The translations under genes were made by a program, and so were the position numbers. Below the pieces are notes generated by a model. It was not told the origin of the DNA. It ran no database searches and worked only from the letters and a program-made list of their open reading frames with translations. From Tubulanus polymorphus (lineage: Eukaryota; Animalia; Nemertea), in NCBI RefSeq assembly GCF_964204645.1, contig NC_134032.1, forward strand, positions 7,676,275 to 7,740,274: a stretch of 64,000 nucleotides of DNA, in the 5' to 3' direction. Shown here one piece after another: positions 50,679-64,000 of this stretch (position 1 is its first letter; every line of letters begins with the position of its first letter).

Positions 50679-51255
50679 ATGTTGTCTGTGCCTAGAGTTA
50701 ATCCTCCCATCTGGGATACGATGAAGAAATCGACGCGTATTTTCGATAATTCTATTCAGAAGTTGCATAAGTTGGAGATCAAAGGTTTAGTGCTGGTGCT
50801 GCAGGCATATAATACGATTCAGTCTAATGACAAATTAGAGAAAGCTCTATTAGGAGATCTACTTTCTGATAGCATCCGAATGCTGTCTTCATTGTTTGTA
50901 AAGATGTGTGTTGCGTGGAGAGAAAGCATTAAAGCAGATCTACAGCCTCCATACACCAAACTTTGCAACATTGATCAGCCTATTGGGAAAGAGTTCTTGT
51001 TTAGGAACAACTTTAGTAAAGACAAAAAAGACATATCGGATAGAGAATTACTGTTTAGAAAAGTGAAAGCAAAAAAATCTTGTGGTGACATGGTTCATCG
51101 CTTGCTGCTTACAGTAGAGGAGCAGTTCATTATCAACCGTATCCACATGGTTATCCTAGCTGTGGAGGGGGCCATTTTTTAGGTCAACGGCGCCCATACA
51201 ATTTCAACTTCAACAGAGAACAGTACAACCCAAAGTATGGGAGACGCCAACAAGA
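50679..51255 (+). mobile_element. DIRS-type retrotransposon gag remnant
   Basis: VPRVNPPIW, RESIKADLQPPYTKLC, FLFRNNFSK..KDI and downstream PFFRS/FLGQ region resemble DIRS1 gag. Confidence 0.65.
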
Positions 51256-52570
51256 TAGTCCAGGCTCCAAGACTCAAAAATTGGAATTTCGCTTACCTGG
51301 AATACCTCAAAGCCCAAATTTCCATTGAAGAAAGATAAGATTCTCAAGCTTATTTGGGCAGATTTGTAACCCTGGAAACATGAGCCGGGCCGAGATATTG
51401 CGTTGCTAAGGTAACGTGCTGGTAAAATATATGCTGTAAGGAGGGTTTTTTAAACGGTGGATTATTCAAAAAGTATTGTAGATAAATTGAAAATTCTTAG
51501 ACCTACCTATATATTATTGGGTATGGCCTATCCGATAAAAGCAACAATGAACAGTTTCAACAATGCTATCATGCCGAAATTTTACTTTTTATTCAAAATA
51601 ACTTCATTTTCGCAGTAAGAAGCCCAAATAAGTTGTCAGTGCAGCCCAGTATGATAAAATATTTTACAAATTTATACATGTCATGTTAGCACGGGTCAAT
51701 GGCTATCTGGTAGTAACAACATTTTGGGATACTTCCAACTGTCGCCATGGTGACGGGATGCTTAGGGAAAACCATGAATTTTCATATAGTCATAGCTGGT
51801 TAAATGTTTTATTGAATTAATTAGAATTACCTCGTCTAAAAAATGGAATTGGGATATTTTTACAACATACCTGCTGACATGTTATCTGGACAACAATCTT
51901 AAAGCAATTTTACAAGGGTGTTACTATGGCAACGGTGCACTTTTTTGTATTTTACTGCAATTTGGGGGTTGAATTCTTTTCTAAGGACTTTTTTTTACAT
52001 AAAATTTACAATATCAGTCAGTAATTGAATAAAGTGATTTAAGACCCTCTAAATTAATTTTTCGAATAATTAGTTATCATTAGTTATGGAGCCAGTTACG
52101 ATAGAAACAACAGCCAATAAGTAATTGTTGATGATACCAAACATTCTTTTCTCATTTAAAGTCATTCCATCATATGTTAATGAAATAACTTGATAATTTG
52201 AAAATGCAATGGCTGATCATACTAATACTGACACTTTTTATATTGGTAATGCTGTAACCATGGGATATCAGATTCTATTGTTATTTGAAAATGAAAAATG
52301 AGAGTTGAAAATACAGTTGTAGCACCAACAGATCCGTCTACCATAGTCATTTTTGAGACAAGGGAATTGAAACTGGAATTTGCGATGTTTGTGAATTGAC
52401 GCTATAGGGGTAAGTTGATGCATTTTAGTCTGATTTTAGTTGACTTGTGGCCTAAGGTACTTACAGCGAGTTGAATGGAGGGGCCCATAGGCCTATGGCA
52501 GGCCCTACGCTATTCCCAACTTGTAATTTCATTTCATTGAAACAGCTGCGTCTCACGGTAAACATTATAG

Positions 52571-53195
52571 CTACGTTCACACGACAACTACATGTAGTTA
52601 GACCGGTGTAAATTGGTCCGCACTCGGTCCGGTAAAAATTTAGACCGGACCAAATCTGAGTGTGCGTTCACACACATGTTGCTAAAATTGGCTACAAGTT
52701 GTTATGATTGGGCCCGCAAGATGTCGCCATAAGTATTTTACCCGACATTTATATCTAAATGATGATTGCAGTTTATCATATTATCTGGACACATCAATAG
52801 GCCTATATGATAGATTTTAGGTAATTTTCAGAATAATTAAAACGGATATATACTCCGCGAGCAATGCACGCTGAGATTTTAAGATAAATAATAATTCATT
52901 AGTCTATACATTAATTTTTAGGCAATATAGAAACTATATGAAATCTAAAAACTATAATGCTTGATGACGAATTGGTGACGAGTTTAATACAATTGAATTC
53001 ATACAGCATTGTACCAGTTTCTGTCCACACTTTAGACAGGACCTGGTTCGCTCTTTTAAGTCGGTCCAAATTAGACTGGCCTAAAATGGACCGGACCAAT
53101 TTGGAACAGAATTTTTGCCAATTAGAACACTTGGTCTGGTCTAAAACTGGACCGGACCAAATTTTGACCGGTCTAAACAACATCGTGTGAACCAT
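52571..53195. mobile_element. MITE nested in the Academ arm; mirrored at about 56998-57622
   Basis: GTTCACACGA...TCGTGTGAAC ends with repeated GACCGGACCA motifs. Confidence 0.6.
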
Positions 53196-54058
53196 TTAAA
53201 AAAGATTTCTCCAGGAAGGCCCCCGAACCTCTTGAAAAAAATTGGCGCGAATTTGGCGTCGGATATGAGCCGGGCCAAAGTAAACTTTCTCCCGCCGGCC
53301 CTGTCCCATAGGGTATGATGTGACCCATTGATTCTATTTTCAGCAAGATAGATATAGAACCCATGTGGGCCTATTCGTTATGCCTAGGCCCTATATACTT
53401 ATTTATTTATTATCGTTTAACTTTTTGCAGGTTGAAATGATGGCATGTAAAACAGACATTAATCGTACATGTAAGCGGAAGCTTGTTTATGAAGACAAAG
53501 AAAATCTAACTGGGGAATCAATCAAATTTGACCTATGTTTGTTTTGTAAAAAACGTGCTCACAAAGGCGATAAACGAATGTCCTTTGTCACTAAATCTGG
53601 AATCAACGGAATTTACCAAGCAGCCGTTAGGAAGAATGATCATACTATGTTGGAAATCACCAAGAATTATTATTTACCTGCCAAAAAAGCTCGATACCAC
53701 CATGCATGTCGATGTGTATACACAACTGAGGAAAAACAACAAAATGAAGTTCAAGTCATTTCTCCACACAAGGTGGCATTTCAACAGTTCTCGGAAACTT
53801 TGAACAAATTACTGGTAGAGGAGAGGCGTGTTTTGTAAAATGTCGGAAATTATGGCTGAATTCCGGAGTCACCTTATCTGTGATGTTGACAGTTTGGTAA
53901 AAGTGAACAAGCAAGATGAACACGTCAGTGTCTACGGAGTTAACCAATACTGAAGATGAATGCATAACAGATAAATGTCTAATGATTCTTCCATCAGCTT
54001 CTTCAATATCGCGGCAAAGTTGGGGTTCTTCTTCGATGGTTCCATCTGCGATTTTATA

Positions 54059-56320
54059 TCTGATATATTGAGAAACCCATCAAATATAATGCTCATGGAA
54101 AAACTACAAACAATTCAGAACGGTTTCTTCGAAGAAAACAAAGAATCACCAACATTTGTTTATTGGGAACATAATATCGAAATGGTTACTCTTTTATTAC
54201 GATTCATCGAAGCTGAGAGGGAATCGAACTGGTTGTTACATCTCGAAGTCACAGCAATAATGTTGCCCTATTTCTTTGTCACCAATCGGCATAATTATTC
54301 TAGGTAAGCCTTCTTGTATATATAAGCTAGTTCATATCTTATACACGGAATCTGACATTGATACCCTTGCATCACGGGCATATGATTGGATAGGGGATAT
54401 ATAGATGTATAATCAATTGAATTTGCAGATGGCTACCAGTATATTTGTGCAAGATGAGGAATCTAGAAAAAACAGCACCGGACGTTCATCAAGCATTTCT
54501 ACACGGACAACACACTATAAGCAGGACGGGCACACCATTCAGTGCCGTTTCTACTGACATGCTCTTGGAGCAGACACTGAATAGAGATGCCAAGCGTGGT
54601 TCCAATGGTCTCATCGGAATATCTAGAAATCAAAAGACAGTTAATAGGTAAGTCTAATTTATCATTAAGATTTGCTTCTCTGTGAGTTTTATTATGAGCC
54701 TAGCTGAATTAATACCACTCGTCGTGCGAGTTATTCAGCGCAACTCAAAATTTATACTTTAAAAGTCGAAATTTCGAGTTTATTAAGTCGAGATTTCGAG
54801 TTATAAAGTCGAAATTTCGACTTTCATATGGCCGCAATATTATATGGCCGCAATGCTATTCCATATAAAAACAATTATGGACTGTGTTAATTCATTTCAG
54901 ATGGATTCAATCGATCCACACCAGGGCAGAGATGACTCGCCGTATGAAAGAAATATGTAACAGCGACAGTTGTCGTCAAGAATCGGTTCATCGGGATTGC
55001 CAAAAAGCCCGGATGCAGAGAGATCTCTCAGATGCCGCGAAAATTCGAGATGTTTTTAATTCAGGCATAGCGGCCAATCCGTTTGACTTCAATTCAGAGT
55101 ATCTTATCAATATAGTTACTGGTAAGCAAATAATACGGAATTGAGAATTAGCATACAGAGAATGTAACTGTTGAAAATACAGACCTGCAGTTTAATTTAA
55201 GTGATAATTTTTTGCTCTTTTGATTGTTATTCAAACAGGTGTAGCTACATCAGAAATAGTCTGTAAAAGTCTATTGTCAGTAAGATATACCGGAGAAGAA
55301 AATCTCAAGAAGTTTGTTAAAAGCCGTCTACAGGGAGATGAAAGTCTTCAAAAACCTATCAAACGCAGTGATTTGAAAACGTTTGCCGACTTGAACAAAA
55401 CGGTCAGGACAGATCACAAGTATTCGAGACAGAAAGTAGCAGCTAACAGTTATGAAATTCTAACTCGCTTGTTAGTAGTAGCAAAAAATAGAGAGGTTAG
55501 TAGTAGGAAATATAATATCTTATGACTATCAAAAAAACTGACACGTGACATGGAATTACGCGATAAACATCAAGCTCGTTCACATTTCCAGATCGACCTT
55601 GCAAGGATCGTAACTCATGAACTATCTGCAGTTCCCTTCTCATTGGCTTATCCTGATGGAACCATTACTAAGACAGAGAAAAGCAAGCTACTTCACGCTA
55701 TTGCTGAATCAGTGCCACAATCAGTCGTAACAAAACATTTCGGGTACCAGTGTATCGTATATGATGTGATGGTTATATTGCATGGAATGGACATGAAAAA
55801 GATAGAAACATTCGGTGAATTGGCTTGTCGATTATACAGTTTTGTAACATCAAACTTAAGTAGTGAATGTAATGAAGTACATTTGGTAACTGACCAGTAC
55901 AGTGAGGTGAGCATTAAATCACAAGAACGGAAACGCCGAGAAAAAATGCACGTAGAACTAAGGCTGATAACTGATAAAACACGAATTCCGAAACAATGGG
56001 AGAGATACATCGCAAATAACAACAACAAAGGGACCCTCATGAAATTCTTATTGGGTGTTTTTGAAACCTTAGCTGTGAAAGATACGAGGGGTAGGAAATT
56101 AGTTCTTGGTGGATTTACGAGTAATGGTAAATGTTATAAAATCGCAGATGGAACCATCGAAGAAGAACCCCAACTTTGCTGCGATATTGAAGAAGCTGAT
56201 GGAAGAATCATTAGACATTTATCTGTTATGCATTCATCTTCAGTATTGGTTAACTCCGTAGACACTGACGTGTTCATCTTGCTTGTTCACTTTTACCAAA
56301 CTGTCAACATCACAGATAAG
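54059..56320 (+). pseudogene. Academ transposase central exons and XPG-like nuclease domain, truncated at both ends
   Basis: LLRFIEAERESNWLLHL...MLPYFF...NYSRW, DMLLEQTLNRDAK, HELSAVPFSL, VHLVTDQY, SIKSQERKRR, EEADGRI, SVDTDVFILL; GT-AG introns. Confidence 0.82.
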
Positions 56321-58859
56321 GTGACTCCGGAATTCAGCCATAATTTCCGACATTTTACAAAACACGCCTCTCCTCTACCAGTAATTTGTTCAAAGTTTCC
56401 GAGAACTGTTGAAATGCCACCTTGTGTGGAGAAATGACTTGAACTTCATTTTGTTGTTTTTCCTCAGTTGTGTATACACATCGACATGCATGGTGGTATC
56501 GAGCTTTTTTGGCAGGTAAATAATAATTCTTGGTGATTTCCAACATAGTATGATCATTCTTCCTAACGGCTGCTTGGTAAATTCCGTTGATTCCAGATTT
56601 AGTGACAAAGGACATTCGTTTATCGCCTTTGTGAGCACGTTTTTTACAAAACAAACATAGGTCAAATTTGATTGATTCCCCAGTTAGATTTTCTTTGTCT
56701 TCATAAACAAGCTTCCGCTTACATGTACGATTAATGTCTGTTTTACATGCCATCATTTCAACCTGCAAAAAGTTAAACGATAATAAATAAATAAGTATAT
56801 AGGGCCTAGGCATAACGAATAGGCCCACATGGGTTCTATATCTATCTTGCTGAAAATAGAATCAATGGGTCACATCATACCCTATGGGACAGGGCCGGCG
56901 GGAGAAAGTTTACTTTGGCCCGGCTCATATCCGACGCCAAATTCGCGCCAATTTTTTTCAAGAGGTTCGGGGGCCTTCCTGGAGAAATCTTTTTTAAATG
57001 GTTCACACGATGTTGTTTAGACCGGTCAAAATTTGGTCCGGTCCAGTTTTAGACCAGACCAAGTGTTCTAATTGGCAAAAATTCTGTTCCAAATTGGTCC
57101 GGTCCATTTTAGGCCAGTCTAATTTGGACCGACTTAAAAGAGCGAACCAGGTCCTGTCTAAAGTGTGGACAGAAACTGGTACAATGCTGTATGAATTCAA
57201 TTGTATCAAACTCGTCACCAATTCGTCATCAAGCATTATAGTTTTTAGATTTCATATAGTTTCTATATTGCCTAAAAATTAATGTATAGACTAATGAATT
57301 ATTATTTATTTTAAAATCTCAGCGTGCATTGCTCGCGGAGTATATATCCGTTTTAATTATTCTGAAAATTACCTAAAATCTATCATATAGGCCTATTGAT
57401 GTGTCCAGATAATATGATAAACTGCAATCATCATTTAGATATAAATGTCGGGTAAAATTCTTATGGCGACATCTTGCGGGCCCAATCATAACAACTTGTA
57501 GCCAATTTTAGCAACATGTGTGTGAACGCACACTCAGATTTGGTCCGGTCTAAATTTTTACCGGACCGAGTGCGGACCAATTTACACCGGTCTAACTACA
57601 TGTAGTTGTCGTGTGAACGTAGCTATAATGTTTACCGTGAGACGCAGCTGTTTCAATGAAATGAAATTACAAGTTGGGAATAGCGTAGGGCCTGCCATAG
57701 GCCTATGGGCCCCTCCATTCAACTCGCTGTAAGTACCTTAGGCCACAAGTCAACTAAAATCAGACTAAAATGCATCAACTTACCCCTATAGCGTCAATTC
57801 ACAAACATCGCAAATTCCAGTTTCAATTCCCTTGTCTCAAAAATGACTATGGTAGACGGATCTGTTGGTGCTACAACTGTATTTTCAACTCTCATTTTTC
57901 ATTTTCAAATAACAATAGAATCTGATATCCCATGGTTACAGCATTACCAATATAAAAAGTGTCAGTATTAGTATGATCAGCCATTGCATTTTCAAATTAT
58001 CAAGTTATTTCATTAACATATGATGGAATGACTTTAAATGAGAAAAGAATGTTTGGTATCATCAACAATTACTTATTGGCTGTTGTTTCTATAGTAACTG
58101 GCTCCATAACTAATGATAACTAATTATTCGAAAAATTAATTTAGAGGGTCTTAAATCACTTTTTTCAATTAGTGACTGATATTGTAAATTTTATGTAAAA
58201 AAAGTCCTTAGAAAAGAATTCAACCCCCAAATTACAGTAAAATACAAAAAAGTGCACCATTGCCATAGTAACACCCTTGTAAAATTGCTTTAAGATTGTT
58301 GTCCAGATAACATGTCAGCAGGTATGTTGTAAAAATATCCCAATTCCATTTTATAGACGAGGTAATTCTAATTAATTCAATAAAACATTTAACCAGCTAT
58401 GACTATATGAAAATTCATGGGAAAATGAAGTTATTTTGAATAAAAAGTAAAATTTCGGCATGATAGCATTGTTGAAACTGTTCATTGTTGCTTTTATCGG
58501 ATAGGCCATACCCAATAATATATAGGTAGGTCTATGAATTTTCAATTTATCTACAATACTTTTTGAGTAATCCATCGTTTAAAAAACCCTCCTTACAGCA
58601 TATATTTTACCAGCACGTTACCTTAGCAACGCAATATCTCGGCCCGGCTCATGTTTCCAGGGTTACAAATCTGCCCAAATAAGCTTGAGAATCTTATCTT
58701 TCTTCAATGGAAATTTGGGCTTTGAGGTATTCCAGGTAAGCGAAATCATATTTCTAGAGTGTTTTTGAGACTTGGAGCCTGGACTAAGAGAGTCCGAACT
58801 CCTCTACTGGGAAACTGAAGAGGGCTCTTCAACGTAAATATACTGAGGAAGTGAAAGAT

Positions 58860-60540
58860 GGTTTGCGTGTATCATTTAGTTTTATTGGAGTCCCGAAGAT
58901 CCTCCATTGCGACTACGGCAGTGAATTTTCTGATCGCAAAATGTATGATCTGGTATCGTAATGGCCTTCCAATTGTAAAGTTGTTCATGGACGTCCCCGC
59001 CATCCTCAGGACATCTCAGGGACTTAATGAAGGTGGCCATCATGTCGTCAAAGATAGCTGCTTTGAAGGCATAAGCACATATCTACTACTAAATGTAAGT
59101 TCAACTGATTTGTTCCAACCTGATAGAATGGCTCTCGAGTCTTAATAAATTTATTGAAAATGCTAAATGTCTTCAGACATGATCAATACATCACACTCTA
59201 AAAGTAAAGTGTTCTCCATGTGAGTATGTCTATGGAATGGACTACGCGTTTTTGAATAAAAGGTAGGATTTGCTCCAGACATAGATGAAGACTTAGCTGA
59301 AGTTTACAACAATATGGATCTAATTACTTCATTTACAGGAATGAGTTGTAAATGTCAATTATGACGAATCAATTGTAAATGCTGACGATGAAGAAAAATC
59401 AGAATGTAAATACCGACGATGAAGAAAACCCAGTCAGCCTGGACCCAGTAGATGTACCAGCACAGTCGAGGTGAATAAATGTGTAATGTTTCCCTTTTAG
59501 CCCGCTGGGGACTTTAGGGAGCCAGCTGTTGCGTTCTCTTTTAGTCCATCTTTTCATGGGAAGTTTAGAAGACATTTCAATGGACTGTCTTGATATTTGG
59601 TTAATACTCTAGCTGAAAGGCAGCCATTGTTGTTCACCCATAGCAGCAAAAAAATGTTTTAGTTCCTGGCTACTATAGTTATCACTTATAGCTAATAACT
59701 CATAATGGTTACTCCATGTCCAAACTAGGGTCCAGGGACACCATGCCCACTTGGAAAGTGTTTTTAAATGCTCAACAATCTAGCAATTTCAATATTCAAT
59801 GCCCCCTGGTAACCATATACAAAATCCAAAGACCTTGAAACTCACCACAATCATGGAACATGTCAGCAGCTACAATTTTGAGATTAAAGTCCCAAGTGGG
59901 CTAAAAAAAAGTTGTAAAACAATGACAAACATAAGAAATACCAGTGACAAAGTAATTATAGGTTTACTCAGTACTCAAATCCATTACTCATGGTAGACAA
60001 TCTCTGTCCACTCAGTGAAGGTCACTGTGCATTTTTGGAAGTATTCATTTCATAACAATAGAAATTATTGGATAGATTAAAAAAAGTTATGATGGAAATG
60101 TGAATTCGCTTTAATAGAGATTGATTCTTAATCATGACATTTCGTGCAGAATTGGGCGAGTCTGGTCTATTGTCCTCTGACACCATCAGTAAGTAAGCGA
60201 TGGATATTGTCTGATTTCCAAGCATTCCATGTATACCCAACAAGCATGATGACGCCATGCACCTCCTAACTGCAATTGCTATAATCCAATGATACTTTCT
60301 CTTTTTTTCCAGCAATTTGATTTCAGTAATTTATCTGTTCAGAAAATAAAGATTGGTTCAGATTTGGCAACGCAGCAGAGCCATCAAATGATAAAAAGCG
60401 CTGCAAACATCGCCTCTCTGATCTTGAGGAAGCTCAACGAATGATGGATCGTGGAGCCAAAAACAACGTGACGATCAAAGTTCCACCAAAAGATTGTCAC
60501 AAAATTGACCTACAGCGCATTCCGGAAGTTGCACGTAAAA
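58860..60540 (+). mobile_element. Ginger/KRBA2-like integrase remnants, discontinuous
   Basis: GVPKILHCDYGSEF...VVHGRPRHPQ..QG at 58885-59030 and VTIKVPPKDCHKID near 60467-60510. Confidence 0.55.
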
Positions 60541-60663
60541 AATGGAGGGAAAATCTTTTTATAACAGTTATCTAAACATGCTTATTACCCCTTTTAGTTG
60601 TTTCTGCTTCTGATAAAGCATATCTGGTCCTTTGTTCTTTAGCATAAACATCTTTTTACTTAA

Positions 60664-63001
60664 CTCTTATCTGACAAAGCTCGCCGTTCTGCGAGCAAGA
60701 TTTTTGTTCGCCGACAGACCACGCTCGCATTTCTGCGAGCTGCAACCCGCCGATTTAAAACCTGCAGTTTCGTTCCGCTTAGTTTTCAATTTAGTTGCAA
60801 CCGTGCCAAATACTCGAGAAACATCATACTGAACCCGGAAGTATAATGATGGTCCAGATGATGATGCAAGTGATACTGGGGATGATGCTCCTGTACCACA
60901 CGCCCCTATTGACCCTGGCAGAGGTAGGCCTAGTAGAGCTAGAGGCAGGCCAGCACTACAACAACAGAGAGGTAGATCAAGATCACCATTATTAGGCCTA
61001 GCATCAGCTCAACAAGCTCCAGGTCCTGTTGCAGCTCCAGCTCGTGGCGCCGTTCGTGGTCGCGGTCGTGTTCAAGCTGTTATAGATCCCTGGCATCCTT
61101 ATAATAGAAATCAAGTCAATGACTGGTTACCTGCATATGCCAATGCTGCTGAAGGTGGAAAGCCTGCTGTAGATACTGAGAATCATAGAATAATTGACTT
61201 CTTTACACTAGTTTTTCCAGAAGAAGTCGTGCAGTTGATAGTCGACGAAACAAGTGATACTTTGAACAATATCGTGCGACACCAAATACAAACCGTACTG
61301 TAATAAAGAAATGGTATCCAGTATTCGTTGAAGAAATTAGAGCTTTTTTAGCTCTTATTTTATGTAGTTCTCTGTGCAAAAAAGGTGAACTAAAAAACAT
61401 GTGGAAGCGAGATTCTCTTATTCGTACGCCAGGTATCGGAAAAGTAATGAGTCAAAATCGGTTCTATGCCATAATGAGATTCCTGCATACTGCGAACAAT
61501 TACAATCATGTTCCCTGTGGCGAAGCTGGTCATGATTGCTGTTTTAAACTTTATGACTGCTGTATGTAATGCATGGGAAAATGCATATGTTCTAGAAAAA
61601 GAAATTTCAATTGACGAATGTCTCGTGGCGTATAAAGGACGTGTACTTATGATACAATACCTCCATAAAAAACCAAAAAAGTGAGGTATAAAGAGATTTG
61701 TTCTCTGTGGCAGTAGAACTGCCTATGCCTATCAATGGCAGTTGTATTCTGGCAAAGAGGGGGGAAATGTGACAGTGGATTTAGGGGCTAAAGTTGTGAA
61801 AAGTCTCACAGATGGACTATCGGTTGGACATATACTCTACACGGATAACTATTATACGTCTCTGGCCCTCTATGAGTATATGAAAACAAAACTTATAGGA
61901 GCCTGTGGAACTGTAAAGGCAAATAGAAAAGGCAACCCAGCGTGACTAAAGAGGTTTGTAAAAAAAAACAAAGGTTGATGAACTTTGCGGCATATCTCCG
62001 CTGTTTCTTCATAATGGCAATGTTCTTGCCATTGGTTGGGTCGACAAACAACCGGTGTCCCTATTATCAACCGTGGACACAGCCGAATCAGGGGAAAAGC
62101 GGGTTCGTGATAGAAAGGAGATGGCTATAGAACTGTCCGCAAGCCATCGGCTATATGCAACTAGAACAAATTTATGAGTGGGGTCGATAGAAATGATCAG
62201 ATGAATTCATATTTTACTATAGATCACAGTGAAGTTTGAAATGGTGGAAAAAGGTGTTTATGCACCTTGTGACTACCACTGTTACGAATGCATACATATT
62301 GTATAAATCGGTGACAGATAAGCCTATGGAAGATCGGGACTTCCGCCTACAACTTGCCCATCAGCTGATTGAAGGTTACAAACGCCCTACGAATAATGCG
62401 GGTCGACCAAGGGCATCAATGGACAATGAGCAGAGACTAACTGGTAGACACTTTCTGGAAAAGGCACAGGGTAGGCCAGATTGTAGTGTGCACCCTAAGG
62501 ACGAATGGGAAATATATAAGACGGCATCAGACACAATTCAAATGTGAACAATGTAAAGTCGGATTATGTGTTGTTCCATGCAATGAAATTTACCATTGCC
62601 AAACCGATTATCAACGATTCTACAGGGAACATTACCTTGATGTATAAGGTAGGAACACTTAATATTGCTTTTAATTCCCAGTAACTGTACTCTGTGGGTG
62701 TTGATACAGTGTCATTTGAAAAAAAAATGTTTACTTTTCAGAAATTTGTTGAAAATTCCCAAAATTTTGGGGGTTTGTCAGATATTACCACCTGCATATA
62801 TACCCTTTGTCAATGTTTTTAAATAGAATATTAAACTTCAGAATGTTTCCTACAGCCAGCTTTTTACAATGAAGGTCTATCACTAATACTTTTGGAATTA
62901 TAGAAATTATAGAAATTTAGACATCGAATTTGGGGATTTTTCAACGGGAAATCCGGGTATGTCGGGATACAATTTCAATAGGAAACTTGGTCAAGTAAGA
63001 G
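60664..63001 (+). mobile_element. piggyBac element with both ends and a decayed PGBD4-like transposase
   Basis: TTAA|CTCTTATCTGAC...GTCAAGTAAGAG|TTAA; ISIDE, YTDNYY, GVDRNDQ, KWWKK and Cys-rich C-terminus with many stops and frameshifts (about 60800-62646). Confidence 0.88.
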
Positions 63002-64000
63002 TTAAAGTCATGAAACTCGTCATGGATCTGTGTATTTTCCATTGCAAATTTGTAGACATGTTATGACATGCTCTGTGATGGAGGCGAAATTCAATGTCAT
63101 TTGTTTGTGTGCATTTCTGCCCACTTTTCCAATTGGTTTAGTGTCCCTGGAGTCTTAGTTATATTTGATTTTTAGTTTTTCAGAAATATCAGTGATCGTG
63201 ATCATGGTACTGTTGCTGATCGTGTCGAGTTGTGTAATCTTCAAACTATCATATCAAATACTAGCCGTAGTAAACCAACCAATTTTGAGGAATTGACTGA
63301 GGTAAAGAGTACTTCATAAATGATCACAATTTTGCCTAAGATAGCTTTGAATATTTCATATATTTTTGGCATAAATGTGATATATTTAAATACTTAAATT
63401 TAAGCAACCTAAAATAAAATTGGTTCCGACCAAAGATCTGAGGAACAAGGAAAATGTTTTCTGTACTTATGTTCGTAAAGAAAACAGGTAGGCCCATACA
63501 TCATTTATCTATTTTCAGTTTTATGTTAATCCAACTAGCTACATGGCGAGCTATCGCAATTTTAGTCCATTTGTCATCAAGTAATTTTGGAAATTTTTGA
63601 AGACGTAGGATTTTCTATGTTCACTATGCATCCTCTAATTTAGTATTAATGAACTCTTAATTTGTAGTATGTTTTAATTCAAATAGTATATACTTAGTTT
63701 GTATGCTCATGATAACTTTATGGTGTTCCACGTTAAAATATGAATAAATTGGATATATGTATCAGTAATATGAATTAATTGTCCTTAAGATTGTATCTAC
63801 TCACACTACATTCATGAGGGGGATTTTTACCTACCTTGAAGAATTGGGGATTACCAAGGGGATTTTTACCGCCAACCGTTTGGCCTAACCAGAAACCTCA
63901 GACCAGACTCGCGCCAAATTTTAGCGAAGGCCATATCATTGTGTGTGAATTGTTTCAGATTCCAGAAGTCACTCACTTCACTTTAAGCACTGTTTAGAAT

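Larger units (their letters stand above)
51256..58786. mobile_element. Academ (XPG-nuclease type) transposon derivative with ~2.7-kb inverted arms
   Basis: TAGTCCAGGCTCCAAG termini, AGA 3-bp flanking duplication, arms 51256-54058 and 56135-58786, Academ-like transposase exons in the spacer. Confidence 0.85.

Noticed and set aside
52911-57282. Duplicated small ORFs (94, 77, 63, 91 aa) as host genes
   Set aside because: They are mirror images produced by the inverted arms and lie in MITE or non-coding transposon sequence.

Overview
Repeat-dense animal genomic DNA, probably from a marine invertebrate (a lophotrochozoan is suggested by the GRL101-like and FMRFamide-receptor-like GPCRs; the taxon is inferred). 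Only two host-type genes are visible: a disabled GRL101-like LDLa-LRR-7TM receptor (1-1879) and an intact single-ORF class A peptide-receptor-like GPCR (6781-7947). The centrepiece is a decayed, very AT-rich endogenous Polinton/Maverick (adintovirus-like) provirus from about 10323 to 25023. It carries a hairpin terminus, rve integrase with chromodomain, A32-like packaging ATPase, major and minor capsid genes, a block of small membrane proteins and the C-terminal part of PolB. A BEL-like LTR and two Harbinger transposons interrupt it, and a second, diverged hairpin terminus lies at 38424-38530. The most striking unexplained signal is a fixed-length 22-nt motif, TAA-T7-N6-TAAATG, placed on the start codon of eight virion-module genes. 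It has the architecture of a poxvirus late promoter, which suggests (inference) a virophage-like element transcribed by a cytoplasmic helper virus. The element also has covarying terminal hairpins and three internal palindromes where its gene blocks converge. The rest of the window is nested transposons: KolobokP (two copies, with the P2X7 ballast-like gene), an Academ element rearranged into a 7.5-kb palindrome, three piggyBac elements, GalEa-Copia, DIRS, EnSpm/BEN, Ginger-like and LINE remnants, MITEs and a 31-bp satellite. All family assignments come from motif recognition by eye, not from database searches.
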